37,959 bases of DNA, from the IMG/VR virus record IMGVR_UViG_3300032312_000921, positions 1-37,959 of that record; one strand, written 5' to 3'. This document shows, one piece after another, positions 1 to 9,588 of this stretch (within the stretch, counting starts at the first letter, position 1; each line of letters begins with the position of its first letter). The DNA comes from a virus. Taxonomy: Duplodnaviria > Caudoviricetes. The position numbers were made by a program, and so were the translations under genes. A model generated the notes under the pieces. That model made no database searches. It saw only the letters and a program-made list of their open reading frames with translations, and had not been told where the DNA came from.

Positions 1-1
1 G

Positions 2-406
2 ATGGAGTTCCGTAGTGCGACCGGCACTATCCTGAAGGGCATCGGCATGGACATGGGACGCTTCAAGGATGAGCGAGAAGTCAACACCTTCTTGATCCGC
101 AACCGTGATCGCATGGTAAAGATGAAGAATGACTACAAGAACGCAGTGATGGCCAACTCGATGAGCAAGGCCAAGCAGATTGAGATGGCATACCAGAAGG
201 CGTTTGGTATGCCGCTCAAGGTGCAGCACAACGAGTGGGGCAATGCGATTGAGGCTCGTGAGAAGACCATGATGGCACGACAGATTGAGCGTCTGCCCAA
301 TCCGTTCGAGCCACAGTACCAGCAGTACCTACAGGGTTACTCGTCGCAGATGTCACCGCTGTCATCAGGGCTCACACCGCCTGATGAGGAGGCCCCCCCA
401 CAGTGA
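2..406 (+). CDS. C-terminal part of a protein entering from the left edge, probably the end of the structural arm (virion protein)
   Basis: Open from the window edge with strong codon bias; converges on and overlaps the 337-690 gene. Confidence 0.65.
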   Translation: MEFRSATGTILKGIGMDMGRFKDEREVNTFLIRNRDRMVKMKNDYKNAVMANSMSKAKQIEMAYQKAFGMPLKVQHNEWGNAIEAREKTMMARQIERLPNPFEPQYQQYLQGYSSQMSPLSSGLTPPDEEAPPQ

Positions 407-690
407 GATGAGTCGAGGCCGACCAAGATGGAGACAAGTACCTCCGCTGGTTGACTTTCGACCCACCTCACGAAGAGGGTGGACGGACCATCGCTACCCT
501 CGTGGTCCATCCATTCGCGGTGAAGTACCGCGAGCATTCCGATGAACAGACCGGTCTCCTCGACTCGAATGGTGTGCACTGCTTGGAAGGCGCGGATGCG
601 TTCTGCAAAGCGTGTCACCATTGCCTCCGAGAGGATGAGTCGTCTGCGTAGATCTTCTTTCGAGTTTGTTTCGACGCGTGGTCTAGCCAT
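337..690 (-). CDS. Hypothetical protein, last gene of the minus-strand arm
   Basis: 117 aa; AGGGAA upstream of ATG; directly follows the vWA gene. Confidence 0.6.
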   Translation of the reverse strand: MARPRVETNSKEDLRRRLILSEAMVTRFAERIRAFQAVHTIRVEETGLFIGMLAVLHREWMDHEGSDGPSTLFVRWVESQPAEVLVSILVGLDSSHCGGASSSGGVSPDDSGDICDE

Positions 691-714
691 TGTGTGGTTC
701 CCTGGCGAGGGCCA

Positions 715-2610
715 CTAGATGGTAGCGGACCTGAGGACTTCCGCGACAACCTTCACCGCATCTTGGGGCTGGTCAACCATGAAATACTTGTTGGTCCCAA
801 ACTGCTGGAACATCTGGTTCCGGTTAACCCCGCCAAAGCCCACGCCTACCACCGGGATAGGCAGACTCCTGATGACCTGAGCCGTGAAGGCTGGGTGGTC
901 ATTGGTGTGCGGCTTGCTGCCATCGGTGTCATTGACGCACCGACTGTGGGCACAGGCATCACCATCAGTCAGGACGATGATGCCCTTGGCTGCCGTGGGG
1001 TAGTGAGAGCACAGGTAGATGCAGGCCTCGTTGACTGACACGGCAATGGGGGTACCACCAGTGGCGATCAGCTTGTCAATGTGGTCCGCATTGTCGATGC
1101 GCAGCATGTTGCAGTTGCCCTCATTCATGAAGGCAAACTGCGTGAGCTTGACGTTGGGCCTGTTGCCGATGCCGTGCCAGATGGCATCCGCGAACTGCTT
1201 GGCCCCAGCCAGCTTGTCGCCGGTCATGCTGCCGGAGCAGTCAATGAGGATGGCAAGGGCAACCTCACCTGCGCCAGCCTCGGGGGGCTGGTCGAAGATG
1301 TTGCTGTCCCCCCACGCTGCGAATTTGTGCAGGGCTCCCTCGTCCAGAGAGCCTGACAGTTGGCCGTGCTCCGTGGCGGGGGGCAGGGCTACGTGCCATG
1401 CGGCTGTGGCTGCCTCCCGGCGAAGGTCCTCACTCTTCTGGTAGGTGTTCTTGTAATACCTATTCTTCAGATAGATGAGCCGACTGGGGTTGGCGTCCGT
1501 CAATTCGCTGGAGTTCTTGAGGTCGGCACGCACGATGACCTTGCCGTCAGTCATCCCTGCTTGGCTCTGGGGTGACACATGCTTGTCAGCCACGATGCGC
1601 TCCTCCGGTCGCTTCCTGTACTGCGGATTGACGAGAGGATCATCGCACGAGTCCAGGTTGTGCTTGCGATCCTTCTTGCTTGCGTCCTTATCCATCGAAA
1701 GGATGCGACGCAGCTCCGCAAACATGTCACTCATCTGGATGACACGGCTTGAGGGATCCTGTGTCTGAAGGATGTTGAGCCACACCGACTTGACATAGTC
1801 GGATGCCTGCTTGAAGTTGGGCTCGTTGGGCAAACGGACCTTGTCCTGCAGCATGTTGATGTTGTAGGCCATGGCAGTGCAGAACCGCTCGAACTCACTG
1901 GAGCTGTGCTCCTTGCCATTGACAAACTTCTGAACGGCCAACTTGCTGTCGGTGACTGCAGCATCCTTGTTCTCGAACATCTCACGCCAGCCGGGCCACG
2001 CCTTGAGGACGTTGGCGCGGATGACCTGCAACTCAATGGCACCCCACACCTTGGCAAACATGCGGGAGTTCAGGTCCTGCTTCTCTGCGTAGAGGCCGGA
2101 GAAGACGCCGCCCTGGTGGTGCATGTTCGCCCACAGATCCTTCAGGCAGATGAAGGTCAGCTTGTTGAAGACTGTAGTGTGGAGCTCCAGTGCCTCGATG
2201 CCCGCTGCTGCCACGCAGTCGGTGGCAATGGCATACTCCTCTGACTTAGTAGCAAAGTGATTGGGAATCAGAACGCGATGGTCCCACTGGTGGGGATCCA
2301 CAATGAGATGATTGGCGTTGGGGTGATGGGGGTTACGGCTGCACTGAACATAAGCCTGATTACTTTGGGAAGTGAGCAGGCCATTGCTCTCCATCATGTC
2401 TTCCAGACGATGGTTGGTGCTGAGGGAAATGTTACTGCCGTTCTCGTACAGGAAGGTGATGCGCTCCTTGACCCACATGGACCAGAGCTCCGCAGCCTGG
2501 TCCATGATGATCTGTGGGGTGGTCTGCTGAACGCGCTTTGACTTGACCGACTTGTCAAAGAAGTCGAAGTCGAAGCTGGTATCGAAGTGGGAGAAGATGC
2601 GGTCGAACAT
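715..2610 (-). CDS. vWA (MIDAS) domain protein, CobT-like partner of the AAA+ ATPase
   Basis: C-terminal LIDCSGSM, GGTP and LTDG MIDAS motifs; SGSLDEGAL pre-vWA motif; AGGAGG RBS before ATG at 2610 (MFDRIF). Confidence 0.85.
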   Translation of the reverse strand: MFDRIFSHFDTSFDFDFFDKSVKSKRVQQTTPQIIMDQAAELWSMWVKERITFLYENGSNISLSTNHRLEDMMESNGLLTSQSNQAYVQCSRNPHHPNANHLIVDPHQWDHRVLIPNHFATKSEEYAIATDCVAAAGIEALELHTTVFNKLTFICLKDLWANMHHQGGVFSGLYAEKQDLNSRMFAKVWGAIELQVIRANVLKAWPGWREMFENKDAAVTDSKLAVQKFVNGKEHSSSEFERFCTAMAYNINMLQDKVRLPNEPNFKQASDYVKSVWLNILQTQDPSSRVIQMSDMFAELRRILSMDKDASKKDRKHNLDSCDDPLVNPQYRKRPEERIVADKHVSPQSQAGMTDGKVIVRADLKNSSELTDANPSRLIYLKNRYYKNTYQKSEDLRREAATAAWHVALPPATEHGQLSGSLDEGALHKFAAWGDSNIFDQPPEAGAGEVALAILIDCSGSMTGDKLAGAKQFADAIWHGIGNRPNVKLTQFAFMNEGNCNMLRIDNADHIDKLIATGGTPIAVSVNEACIYLCSHYPTAAKGIIVLTDGDACAHSRCVNDTDGSKPHTNDHPAFTAQVIRSLPIPVVGVGFGGVNRNQMFQQFGTNKYFMVDQPQDAVKVVAEVLRSATI

Positions 2611-2635
2611 GGTAGGTCCTCCTGGGTGGTGGGGA

Positions 2636-3589
2636 TTAGAAGGGCATGACTGCAGACTGGGTGGCCGCGTTGTCACTGCCTGCGATGATGCCTGGGAACT
2701 TGCCCATCAACAGGGCAGCCAGAGCAGATCGCTCCTGCAGGTCGGTGCATGCAGTGAGCAGGGTGTACTCAAGCGACGACTCACCGTAGCGGCTTAGGTC
2801 AGCGGCAGCGCTGAGCAGACGGCGGGTGGAGATCGGCTTGACGGTTGAGGTGGACTGACGAGTCTTCTGTGCCACCTCACTGAGGGCCAGTGCATGGTCC
2901 TCCGTGATACCGGTGCGACGCTGCAGAAGGCTGGCCTCCTCCTTGTGCGAGAGGTAGGTCATCTCGATCATGCGACCGAACCGCTCGTCGAGTGCCGCGT
3001 CGATGGGGGATGCGCCCACGTAGCGAGAGCCGACGTTTGTGGTAGCGATGAACATGGTGTTGGGACCGACGACCACAGCCTTCTGGCGCTCCTCGATCCA
3101 TGCGCGGCGGCGATGGTCGGTGAGAGAGAACAGGCCGTTGAGAACGGAGGTGGAGGCGCGGTTCATCTCGTCGAGCAGGATGATGTAGTTGCCTGCCTCG
3201 ACGGCGCGGACGAACTCGGTGTCCTGCCAGCCGATCTTGCCGTCCTGCACCGTGCGGAAGCCGAACCAGTCGCGGGGCTCACGGACCACGGCGCAGTCCA
3301 TGATAAGCAGGGGGCGGCCCGTCTCTTGGGCCAGCCATTGGCCGACGCTGGTCTTGCCGCAGCCGGATGGGCCGGTGATGCGCAGGTTCTCGATCTGCCC
3401 GCTGGTGGCGAGTCCCCCCAGCAACTTGCTGAGTCGGGGGCTGATCTCCAGGTCGAGGTGCTGCTTGGTCTGGGTGGGGCTGAGCTCGGGGCTGGTGACG
3501 GCGACGGCGAGGTCGAACAGAGTCATGGTGGTCAGGTCCTTGGGTTGGGGTGGGGTAGAGATGGACGAGATGGGCGAGAAGACGGACAT
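2636..3589 (-). CDS. MoxR/CobS-like AAA+ ATPase
   Basis: Walker A GPSGCGKT, Walker B ILLDEMNR, IATTN, DAALDERF, ISTRRL; AGGAG RBS before ATG at 3589. Confidence 0.9.
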   Translation of the reverse strand: MSVFSPISSISTPPQPKDLTTMTLFDLAVAVTSPELSPTQTKQHLDLEISPRLSKLLGGLATSGQIENLRITGPSGCGKTSVGQWLAQETGRPLLIMDCAVVREPRDWFGFRTVQDGKIGWQDTEFVRAVEAGNYIILLDEMNRASTSVLNGLFSLTDHRRRAWIEERQKAVVVGPNTMFIATTNVGSRYVGASPIDAALDERFGRMIEMTYLSHKEEASLLQRRTGITEDHALALSEVAQKTRQSTSTVKPISTRRLLSAAADLSRYGESSLEYTLLTACTDLQERSALAALLMGKFPGIIAGSDNAATQSAVMPF

Positions 3590-3615
3590 GGGTAGTGACT
3601 CCTGGTATGGGGTAG

Positions 3616-4212
3616 CTAGAGGCCGACCCACAACTGGTAGGTGTGGGGGGCCACGATGCGAACGGCCCACGGCACGCGCCGGGGCTGGAGAAGGCGGTCA
3701 ATGAGTGGGCGACCGTAGAGCGCGTCCATGCGCTCCCGGTCATCCCGAGTGATCTGCATATTGAGGAACCGGAGGCGTCCCTTCTGGAAGGAAGCTACGA
3801 GGTCCAGTTCCCCTATGGGAACGATGTCCCAGGGCTTGGGCTCTGATGCCCTCACCCAGTGTGCCTGCGCAGCAGGGGACGGCGTAGGCTGTCCTACGGC
3901 CCATCCTATGAGCAGCCAGTGGTCGAGGCCTCCCTGCCATGGGCGGGACCACACGGCGAGGCCTACCCTACCTCGGTGCAGTTGGCTTAGGCGGGAGACC
4001 TCGACATCTGGCTGAGGCATATCCCAGTCCTTGGCTGGGATCCAGATGCGCATAGCACGTTGCTTGTGGGTAGGGAGGTCGGCCCGAACAGGCTTTAGAT
4101 GAGCCCATCCTGACGCGACCTCCCTGAACCAAAATGCCCCATGGGTACCGGGCAGGTGACCCATGGGGCTGTCGTGGGGGGACGTCTCGTTATCGTAGGG
4201 ACTGCTTCCCAC
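3616..4212 (-). CDS. Hypothetical Trp-rich protein
   Basis: 198-aa ORF filling the gap between the SSB-like and AAA+ genes on the operon strand; start uncertain. Confidence 0.6.
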   Translation of the reverse strand: MGSSPYDNETSPHDSPMGHLPGTHGAFWFREVASGWAHLKPVRADLPTHKQRAMRIWIPAKDWDMPQPDVEVSRLSQLHRGRVGLAVWSRPWQGGLDHWLLIGWAVGQPTPSPAAQAHWVRASEPKPWDIVPIGELDLVASFQKGRLRFLNMQITRDDRERMDALYGRPLIDRLLQPRRVPWAVRIVAPHTYQLWVGL

Positions 4213-4226
4213 AAAGCAAGCCCTAC

Positions 4227-4748
4227 TCAGCCCATGAGCTGACCGGTCAGGAACTCCGTGAAGTACAGAGTCTTGCCGTCACGGCTGGCGTCATACTTGG
4301 CGCGCAGCTTCACGGGGGTCGGCACGCCAGCAGCCAGCTTCTTGCTAGCGGCTTCCATGTCGGCGGCCAGGTTGTTGGTGCTGGTGCCGAGCACGGTGCG
4401 GAGGTGACCCTTCAGGCGCTCGATGTCGATGCGCATGCGGGTCTTCGCACCATCGTCAGTCAACTGAGCCGGGTTGGACGGCAGGTTGAAAGTCTTGCCC
4501 TTGAACGAACGGGGCTCAGCCGGGCTACCCGGATCCTCGATCATCTGGTAGGTGAAGTGGATCAGGTTGGACGGGAACAACTGGCCGTCCTTCTGCTTGA
4601 ACTCGCCGCTGTCAGCCACCATGCCAGTGACCAGCACCGCGTGGTCGCCAGCCTCGGGACGCCAGCCAGCAGCCGATCCCTCGGTGTTGGCTTCGGCGCT
4701 GCTGTAGATGTCGGCGAACGCGGTGAACATGCTGCTCTTGATACTCAT
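4227..4748 (-). CDS. Putative single-stranded DNA-binding protein (DUF669-like OB fold)
   Basis: GWRPEAGDHAVLV...IHFTYQM pattern; follows the AAA_24-type ATPase; AGGAG RBS; strong codon bias. Confidence 0.6.
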   Translation of the reverse strand: MSIKSSMFTAFADIYSSAEANTEGSAAGWRPEAGDHAVLVTGMVADSGEFKQKDGQLFPSNLIHFTYQMIEDPGSPAEPRSFKGKTFNLPSNPAQLTDDGAKTRMRIDIERLKGHLRTVLGTSTNNLAADMEAASKKLAAGVPTPVKLRAKYDASRDGKTLYFTEFLTGQLMG

Positions 4749-4779
4749 TGCGGTAGTACTCCTAAGTGTGAATGGGGTG

Positions 4780-4856
4780 AATGAAATGAAACGGAACGAA
4801 GATCGGGAGGCAGGGGGCGGGGCACCCAGAGGGGCCCGCCCCCAAGCCCTTCCGGG
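4780..4856 (-). terminator. GC-rich hairpin followed by a pyrimidine/U-rich tract, between the ATPase and SSB-like genes
   Basis: GGGGGCGGG...CCCGCCCCC inverted repeat; the minus strand continues CTTCGTTCCGTTTCATTTC. Confidence 0.45.
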
Positions 4857-4859
4857 GGA

Positions 4860-5759
4860 TTAGGCGGTGGCTTGGTCGAACGCCTGTTCGAACTGTTGCC
4901 ACGCGTCTGGTGCATTGGTGATGTCAATGTCTGGCAGAGGCTTGAGTGTGCGGGTGCGCACCAGCCTGACGTAGCGAGAGTCTGCGAACGCAAGCACTCG
5001 CTTGTTCTCACGCTTCACGACTGCATTGTTCTGCGTGATCTGCTTGCCACCGACCGTGATGGTGCGGGGCTCCATGACCGTGGACTCAACCATCTCGCAA
5101 CGCATGGGCGCGATGATCTCCACTGCCTTGGACAGTCGCTCCTTGAGGCCGGGAGGCAGGCTCAGGTAGTGCTCCTCTACCTTTGAGCCCTCTGCAATGT
5201 CTACCCACTCCCGGCCCAAGTGCGCGATCAGCCACACACCATAGCCGTGCTGACGCAGGCGATGGCACGTGTCGATGACTGTCTCGTAGAGCTTCTCCCA
5301 TGCGGCTGGGCCGTGGGCTTGCTCGAAGAGTTCCTTGCCCATCTGCTTGGCGACGTGGCCCTTCAACATGCGGATGGCTGGCGCAAGCGTGTCGATCACC
5401 ACAAAGGCTGGGCGATCCATTCCCTTGTCTGCCATCTCACACAGTTGCTTGACCTTGGCCTCAATCAGATCCCAGGTCAGAGTGATGGGCTTGCCACCCA
5501 CGTCAATCGGTCGGCCATCCGAACCGATGCCTGGCCACACGGTGGCACGGAGGTGGGGGGACACAGTTGCAGTCAGGTCGAGGTTGAGGATGAACGCATC
5601 GGAGCAACCCTGAAACAGATAGGACTTGCCGCTGTTCTGTTCACCGACGACCATGCCCCACATGTTCTTGAGGCTGTACTTCGCAGGCGTGTTGAAGCCG
5701 AGGGAGGGGAATCCCTTGCTGGGTGGTGCGCCTGCTGCCATCGTTTGGTAGGTGCTCAT
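4860..5759 (-). CDS. AAA_24 / Sak4-like P-loop ATPase (phage recombination/replication)
   Basis: Walker A GEQNSGKS, Walker B FVVIDT, WLIAH; lies between the exonuclease and SSB-like genes. Confidence 0.8.
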   Translation of the reverse strand: MSTYQTMAAGAPPSKGFPSLGFNTPAKYSLKNMWGMVVGEQNSGKSYLFQGCSDAFILNLDLTATVSPHLRATVWPGIGSDGRPIDVGGKPITLTWDLIEAKVKQLCEMADKGMDRPAFVVIDTLAPAIRMLKGHVAKQMGKELFEQAHGPAAWEKLYETVIDTCHRLRQHGYGVWLIAHLGREWVDIAEGSKVEEHYLSLPPGLKERLSKAVEIIAPMRCEMVESTVMEPRTITVGGKQITQNNAVVKRENKRVLAFADSRYVRLVRTRTLKPLPDIDITNAPDAWQQFEQAFDQATA

Positions 5760-5761
5760 GC

Positions 5762-6181
5762 TTAGATGCCTTTGTTGATTTCGCCAAACATATCTCCATA
5801 GCCACGCGGCCGCTGGAAATCATCTGGCCTTTCATTACTGAACGTCACTTCCTCACTCTGGTCCTCTGAGGGAGCCGGAGCGGGGCGGGCCGCAAGGCCG
5901 CCGCGCGCAGGCGACTCAAGACCAATCACCTTCACGGTGCGTTCGAACTTCACACCCAACTGATCCAGCCATTCGCTGAAGGTGCCCATCGAGATGGAGC
6001 AGTGATGCTCTTCGTTGAAGATGGCCAGCATATCTGAGCGTGAGTTGATCGTGTCAGAGAACTTGTGAAAGGTGTCGATGATCTTTGGCTTGATGACCTT
6101 CTGAAGGATCTCCTCATTGAAGTCCTTGAACTGGTTGCGAAGACGTTCACGTGCTGGCGGTGTGTCTGGATAGTCACCCAT
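5762..6181 (-). CDS. Hypothetical protein, possible winged-helix DNA-binding protein
   Basis: AGGAG RBS before ATG at 6181 (MGDYPD); ISMGTFSEWLDQLGV helix pattern. Confidence 0.7.
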   Translation of the reverse strand: MGDYPDTPPARERLRNQFKDFNEEILQKVIKPKIIDTFHKFSDTINSRSDMLAIFNEEHHCSISMGTFSEWLDQLGVKFERTVKVIGLESPARGGLAARPAPAPSEDQSEEVTFSNERPDDFQRPRGYGDMFGEINKGI

Positions 6182-7442
6182 CTGTTGACTCCTGTTCTTC
6201 TTCAGGTGTTTCAAGATCCCGTCGAACAATGGCAAAGCCGTTCTGCTTCACGATCTCTGGCCACTCACTGATGGGCCGAAGAACAAAGTCTGCGTAAGGA
6301 TCTCGTCGACCTGTCTTTCCCGAAACGCTCACTGGCCACGGAAACAATCCGGGGTCAGGCTTGAGTGCTCGCCAACGATTGACGGAGCGAAGGCGTGCAA
6401 GGTATTGACTGCGCCACATACTGTCAAGCAGTGCGTCGGCGCTTGTGAATGAAATGTTGACCGGCGGATTGAGCACACGCTCCGGCGAGAGATGGGCATA
6501 CTCGCCCTCTCCGTGGTACCACTCAAGGCAACGCTGGATGTAGTTCTCCAGACGGGGCTCACCTTGGTAGACCTTCTCGTTGCGGGGCATGCCCTTGCGT
6601 GGTCCACTCTTCAGGGGCGTGGTATCCAGGATGTAGTCCCGGTCCTTCATGCCGAACTCGATGGTCGGCTTCTGGATGATGACGTGCATCATGCCGCCCA
6701 CCCGCACATCGTCGGGCAGGTTGTACTGCTCACGGAACTTGGCGTTCTTCAGCTGGATCTCCAGCACATGCAGGTAGTGCTGGGTCTGCGGCTCGATGGA
6801 GCAGGAGGCTGCACGATCAGCAACTGGCAGGCTGGTGGTCTTGTAGTCCACAACCCACAGCGAGTTCTGCACCGTGTGGTACAGCAGCAAGTCGGGCTGC
6901 GCCACACAGGGTGTGGGGTTGTCAGTTGCACGCATCGGGTCCATGATGCTGGCACCCAGCAGGCACTCGGCGCAGATCACCCGATAGTGGGGGGACTGCA
7001 GGAACTGAGTGATGGTGCCGTACTCCTTGGAGATCTCGATGGTCGAGCATGCCTTGTACCACGCAAGGCTGGTCGCATGATCCTGCTCTTCGGTGGCAAG
7101 GATGGCACGACGCTTCTCGCCGTCGATGCCGTGTGTCTGACAGGTGGACATCAACTCATCAAGGCGCTTGCCAAGCAGGCTGGTGTACTGGGCGTCTGCT
7201 TCTGATTCGGGGAGGTGCATGAGTGCGAAGCGTTCGTGGAACCAAGTGCCACGGTTGAGTGCTTCGCTCCAGCGGAGGGATGGCACAAGACCCATGCGCC
7301 TGCAGAGCAGGTAGTGGAATGGGGAGTCAGTGCAGAGACGGAAGTCGGACGAGCGGACGGGAGGCTTGATGGCGACGAGGCCATGTGCTTCGAGGAATTC
7401 GACAGCATCCTCTCGTGAGAGAGACCGGAACTCAGGTGGCAT
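6174..7442 (-). CDS. PD-(D/E)xK nuclease (RecB-like phage exonuclease)
   Basis: RGTWFH, QPDLL...VVDYKT and QTQHY motifs; AGGAG RBS. Confidence 0.85.
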   Translation of the reverse strand: MPPEFRSLSREDAVEFLEAHGLVAIKPPVRSSDFRLCTDSPFHYLLCRRMGLVPSLRWSEALNRGTWFHERFALMHLPESEADAQYTSLLGKRLDELMSTCQTHGIDGEKRRAILATEEQDHATSLAWYKACSTIEISKEYGTITQFLQSPHYRVICAECLLGASIMDPMRATDNPTPCVAQPDLLLYHTVQNSLWVVDYKTTSLPVADRAASCSIEPQTQHYLHVLEIQLKNAKFREQYNLPDDVRVGGMMHVIIQKPTIEFGMKDRDYILDTTPLKSGPRKGMPRNEKVYQGEPRLENYIQRCLEWYHGEGEYAHLSPERVLNPPVNISFTSADALLDSMWRSQYLARLRSVNRWRALKPDPGLFPWPVSVSGKTGRRDPYADFVLRPISEWPEIVKQNGFAIVRRDLETPEEEQESTDG

Positions 7443-7462
7443 GTTGTTCTCCTGTTAGGTAG

Positions 7463-7750
7463 TTAAGCCCACACCCGCATGGGGTGGGATGGTGGTGGAT
7501 CAAGAATAGGTAGAGTATCAATCTGCTCTGGAGTCAGTTCCCCGACTACGCGAAGGTTCGCATGGAAGCGACTATCGGTTACGGCCTCGCCATCCACAAT
7601 GCGGGTCACAGGGCCGATCCAGCCGATGTCAATGCGCTGCCCGTCAAGTTCGTGGCACTCGCCATCAATGCGCTGGACTGTAACGCCGATGGCCGCGAAA
7701 GCCTCAACCATCCGCGCTTCCGTGTTCGTGCGTAGGTAGTAGTCGGTCAT
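7463..7750 (-). CDS. Small protein accompanying the spike/fibre gene (possible chaperone or cap)
   Basis: 95 aa; ATGA overlap with the fibre gene; DYYLR...FHANLR...P.RVWA pattern seen after phage spike genes. Confidence 0.75.
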   Translation of the reverse strand: MTDYYLRTNTEARMVEAFAAIGVTVQRIDGECHELDGQRIDIGWIGPVTRIVDGEAVTDSRFHANLRVVGELTPEQIDTLPILDPPPSHPMRVWA

Positions 7751-9588
7751 GTGGTAATAGTCCTAAGAGTTTCGTTTGGAAAAATGGTTGGCCAGTATTT
7801 CAATTGAGCAACCCATACAGATGCAAAATCTGTTGGGACAGTTTCTGTAGTATTATTAAACTTCAAAGAACCAATAGTTGTCATGTTTGCTGCTGTATCT
7901 GCGTTTACAACAGCCGACCCCCCGTTTACCACAATAGCCATTCTTGCAAGTGAGGTGTCAAGGGATGCCGCAAACTTGTACTGTCCACTTGGCCTACTTA
8001 TTCCACTTGAACTAATAAGTGTGGTTGGGTTTGGGCTAGCGGGCTTAAACGCAATACCAAACACTCGTCGTCCTGACGATACGCTGTTATTGAAGCGAGC
8101 AAATGCCCAACCTCTTCCAGACGGAGACTGTTCAAACGAAGCAAAGTATGGGAAGGTTTCAAAATCCCTTGGATTGTCTTCCACCTGCATAAATACAGTT
8201 CCGCCTCGTTGATTGAAAGCAAGGCCAGAAATGTTAGCCATCGTCATTTCATCCCTTGTTCGCGCCACGGTGCTTGCGCCAGTAGGGATATAAGAACTGG
8301 CTTGAACACCCACTTCAACTTGTGGCCGTGAAAATCTTGCGCTACCTGTGCAGTTGGCGTTTGCACCCGGGCCACAACGAAGGTTTGCGTTTCCGTTTCC
8401 AGTGCAAGCAACGGTTGTTTCAATGCGCCCAACCTGCGCAGTATCGCCAGCAAGGACAGTCGCCCCATTTCTTCGATAGGTCGGAGTACCAAGAGTTGCT
8501 GTGCTGGCATTCAGCAGTAATACATCTTGGTATGTAAGTCCGCCCGATACCGCCTCCAAGTACATTGAAATCGTGTAAGTGGTTCCGTTTGTCAATGCAA
8601 TTGCTGTGCTAGACAACATTGGACGATTGTTGCTTGCGGTTTGAGTCCACGCATTTGCCCCGTCAAGTGTTCCGTAGGATGATGTGGCTGCGGATCCCGG
8701 GCCGCCCGTAAAAGGGGAAGTCCACCCCGTTGGAGGGTTTGATCCTGTAAATGCAAATTGCGAATATGTAACAAGGTTAGTTGTGCCGCCTTCCATTAGA
8801 AGACCGCGAGGGGCTAGCGTGGTTGGGTTGTAATCGAAGCGCGGAGCGAAATAGGCAGTAGAAACTGTCTTGAAGTATCCGGGATTTGCAATCTGTCCAA
8901 TGTTGAATTGTGCGCCCCAAACATAAACAAATAGGCCGCGAGCCTGTGCGCCATCAGGGTAAAATGATACTAACTTACTTGAATTAGTGATTGTCGGCGT
9001 GATATAGATCCGAACCCTCGTCCACGCGCTGGTCAATCCAGTAATGCTGATTGAACTGGTTCCACTAATTGATCCGGGGCCACTCAAAATTGTTCCGGTT
9101 GCTGGGGCAAAGGCGCTTGTTTCAAAAAGCCCAACCAGAAGCGAACTTGCGTTTCCACCGCGAACATAGAAAGTGAGCGTGTATGTGAACCCGGCGATTA
9201 CGGATACTGGATTACTATTGATAGCAGAACTTCCATTGTCCGGGCTTGCAATCAATTGAGGAGCACCAAGATTTCCGTTTGGGTCGGCAACAGTTGGATC
9301 AAACGCTTGGGTTGCACCGTTCTGTGCGTTCCACTGATATAACCCCGGCTGAAGCAGTTCGCTGCCTGTAAACGCATTTGAATCTGCATACTGAACTTGA
9401 CCGCTGGCGTTGATAAAGGTGGCGTTGCTGGTTCGGCTAAAAGTAAAGCGAGAATCCAGCGAACTCATTGCGGTGAAGTCGAGGGATAGCGTGGAGCCAT
9501 CGCTTGCTTCAAGTGCGGGGTAGATGCGGTTACGCTGGTCTCGAAGACCAAAGGCGTCGAGAGAGGAAAGCCTGGTTCGGTTCAGCAT
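7747..9588 (-). CDS. Head spike / fibre protein with carbohydrate-binding-like beta domains
   Basis: SLDF...FTFSRTSNATF, PRFDYNPTTLAPRGLLMEG..TNL and SSYIPT....ART motifs typical of phage head-spike/fibre proteins; S/T/G/N-rich; visibly lower GC. Confidence 0.8.
   Translation of the reverse strand: MLNRTRLSSLDAFGLRDQRNRIYPALEASDGSTLSLDFTAMSSLDSRFTFSRTSNATFINASGQVQYADSNAFTGSELLQPGLYQWNAQNGATQAFDPTVADPNGNLGAPQLIASPDNGSSAINSNPVSVIAGFTYTLTFYVRGGNASSLLVGLFETSAFAPATGTILSGPGSISGTSSISITGLTSAWTRVRIYITPTITNSSKLVSFYPDGAQARGLFVYVWGAQFNIGQIANPGYFKTVSTAYFAPRFDYNPTTLAPRGLLMEGGTTNLVTYSQFAFTGSNPPTGWTSPFTGGPGSAATSSYGTLDGANAWTQTASNNRPMLSSTAIALTNGTTYTISMYLEAVSGGLTYQDVLLLNASTATLGTPTYRRNGATVLAGDTAQVGRIETTVACTGNGNANLRCGPGANANCTGSARFSRPQVEVGVQASSYIPTGASTVARTRDEMTMANISGLAFNQRGGTVFMQVEDNPRDFETFPYFASFEQSPSGRGWAFARFNNSVSSGRRVFGIAFKPASPNPTTLISSSGISRPSGQYKFAASLDTSLARMAIVVNGGSAVVNADTAANMTTIGSLKFNNTTETVPTDFASVWVAQLKYWPTIFPNETLRTITT

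Noticed and set aside
1731-2057. Same-strand alternative-frame ORF inside the vWA gene
   Set aside because: S/T/R-rich shadow composition, no RBS, and the host frame is normal here, unlike the polA case.
6174-7442. Cas4
   Set aside because: No C-terminal three-Cys cluster for the Fe-S site; context is a phage recombination module.
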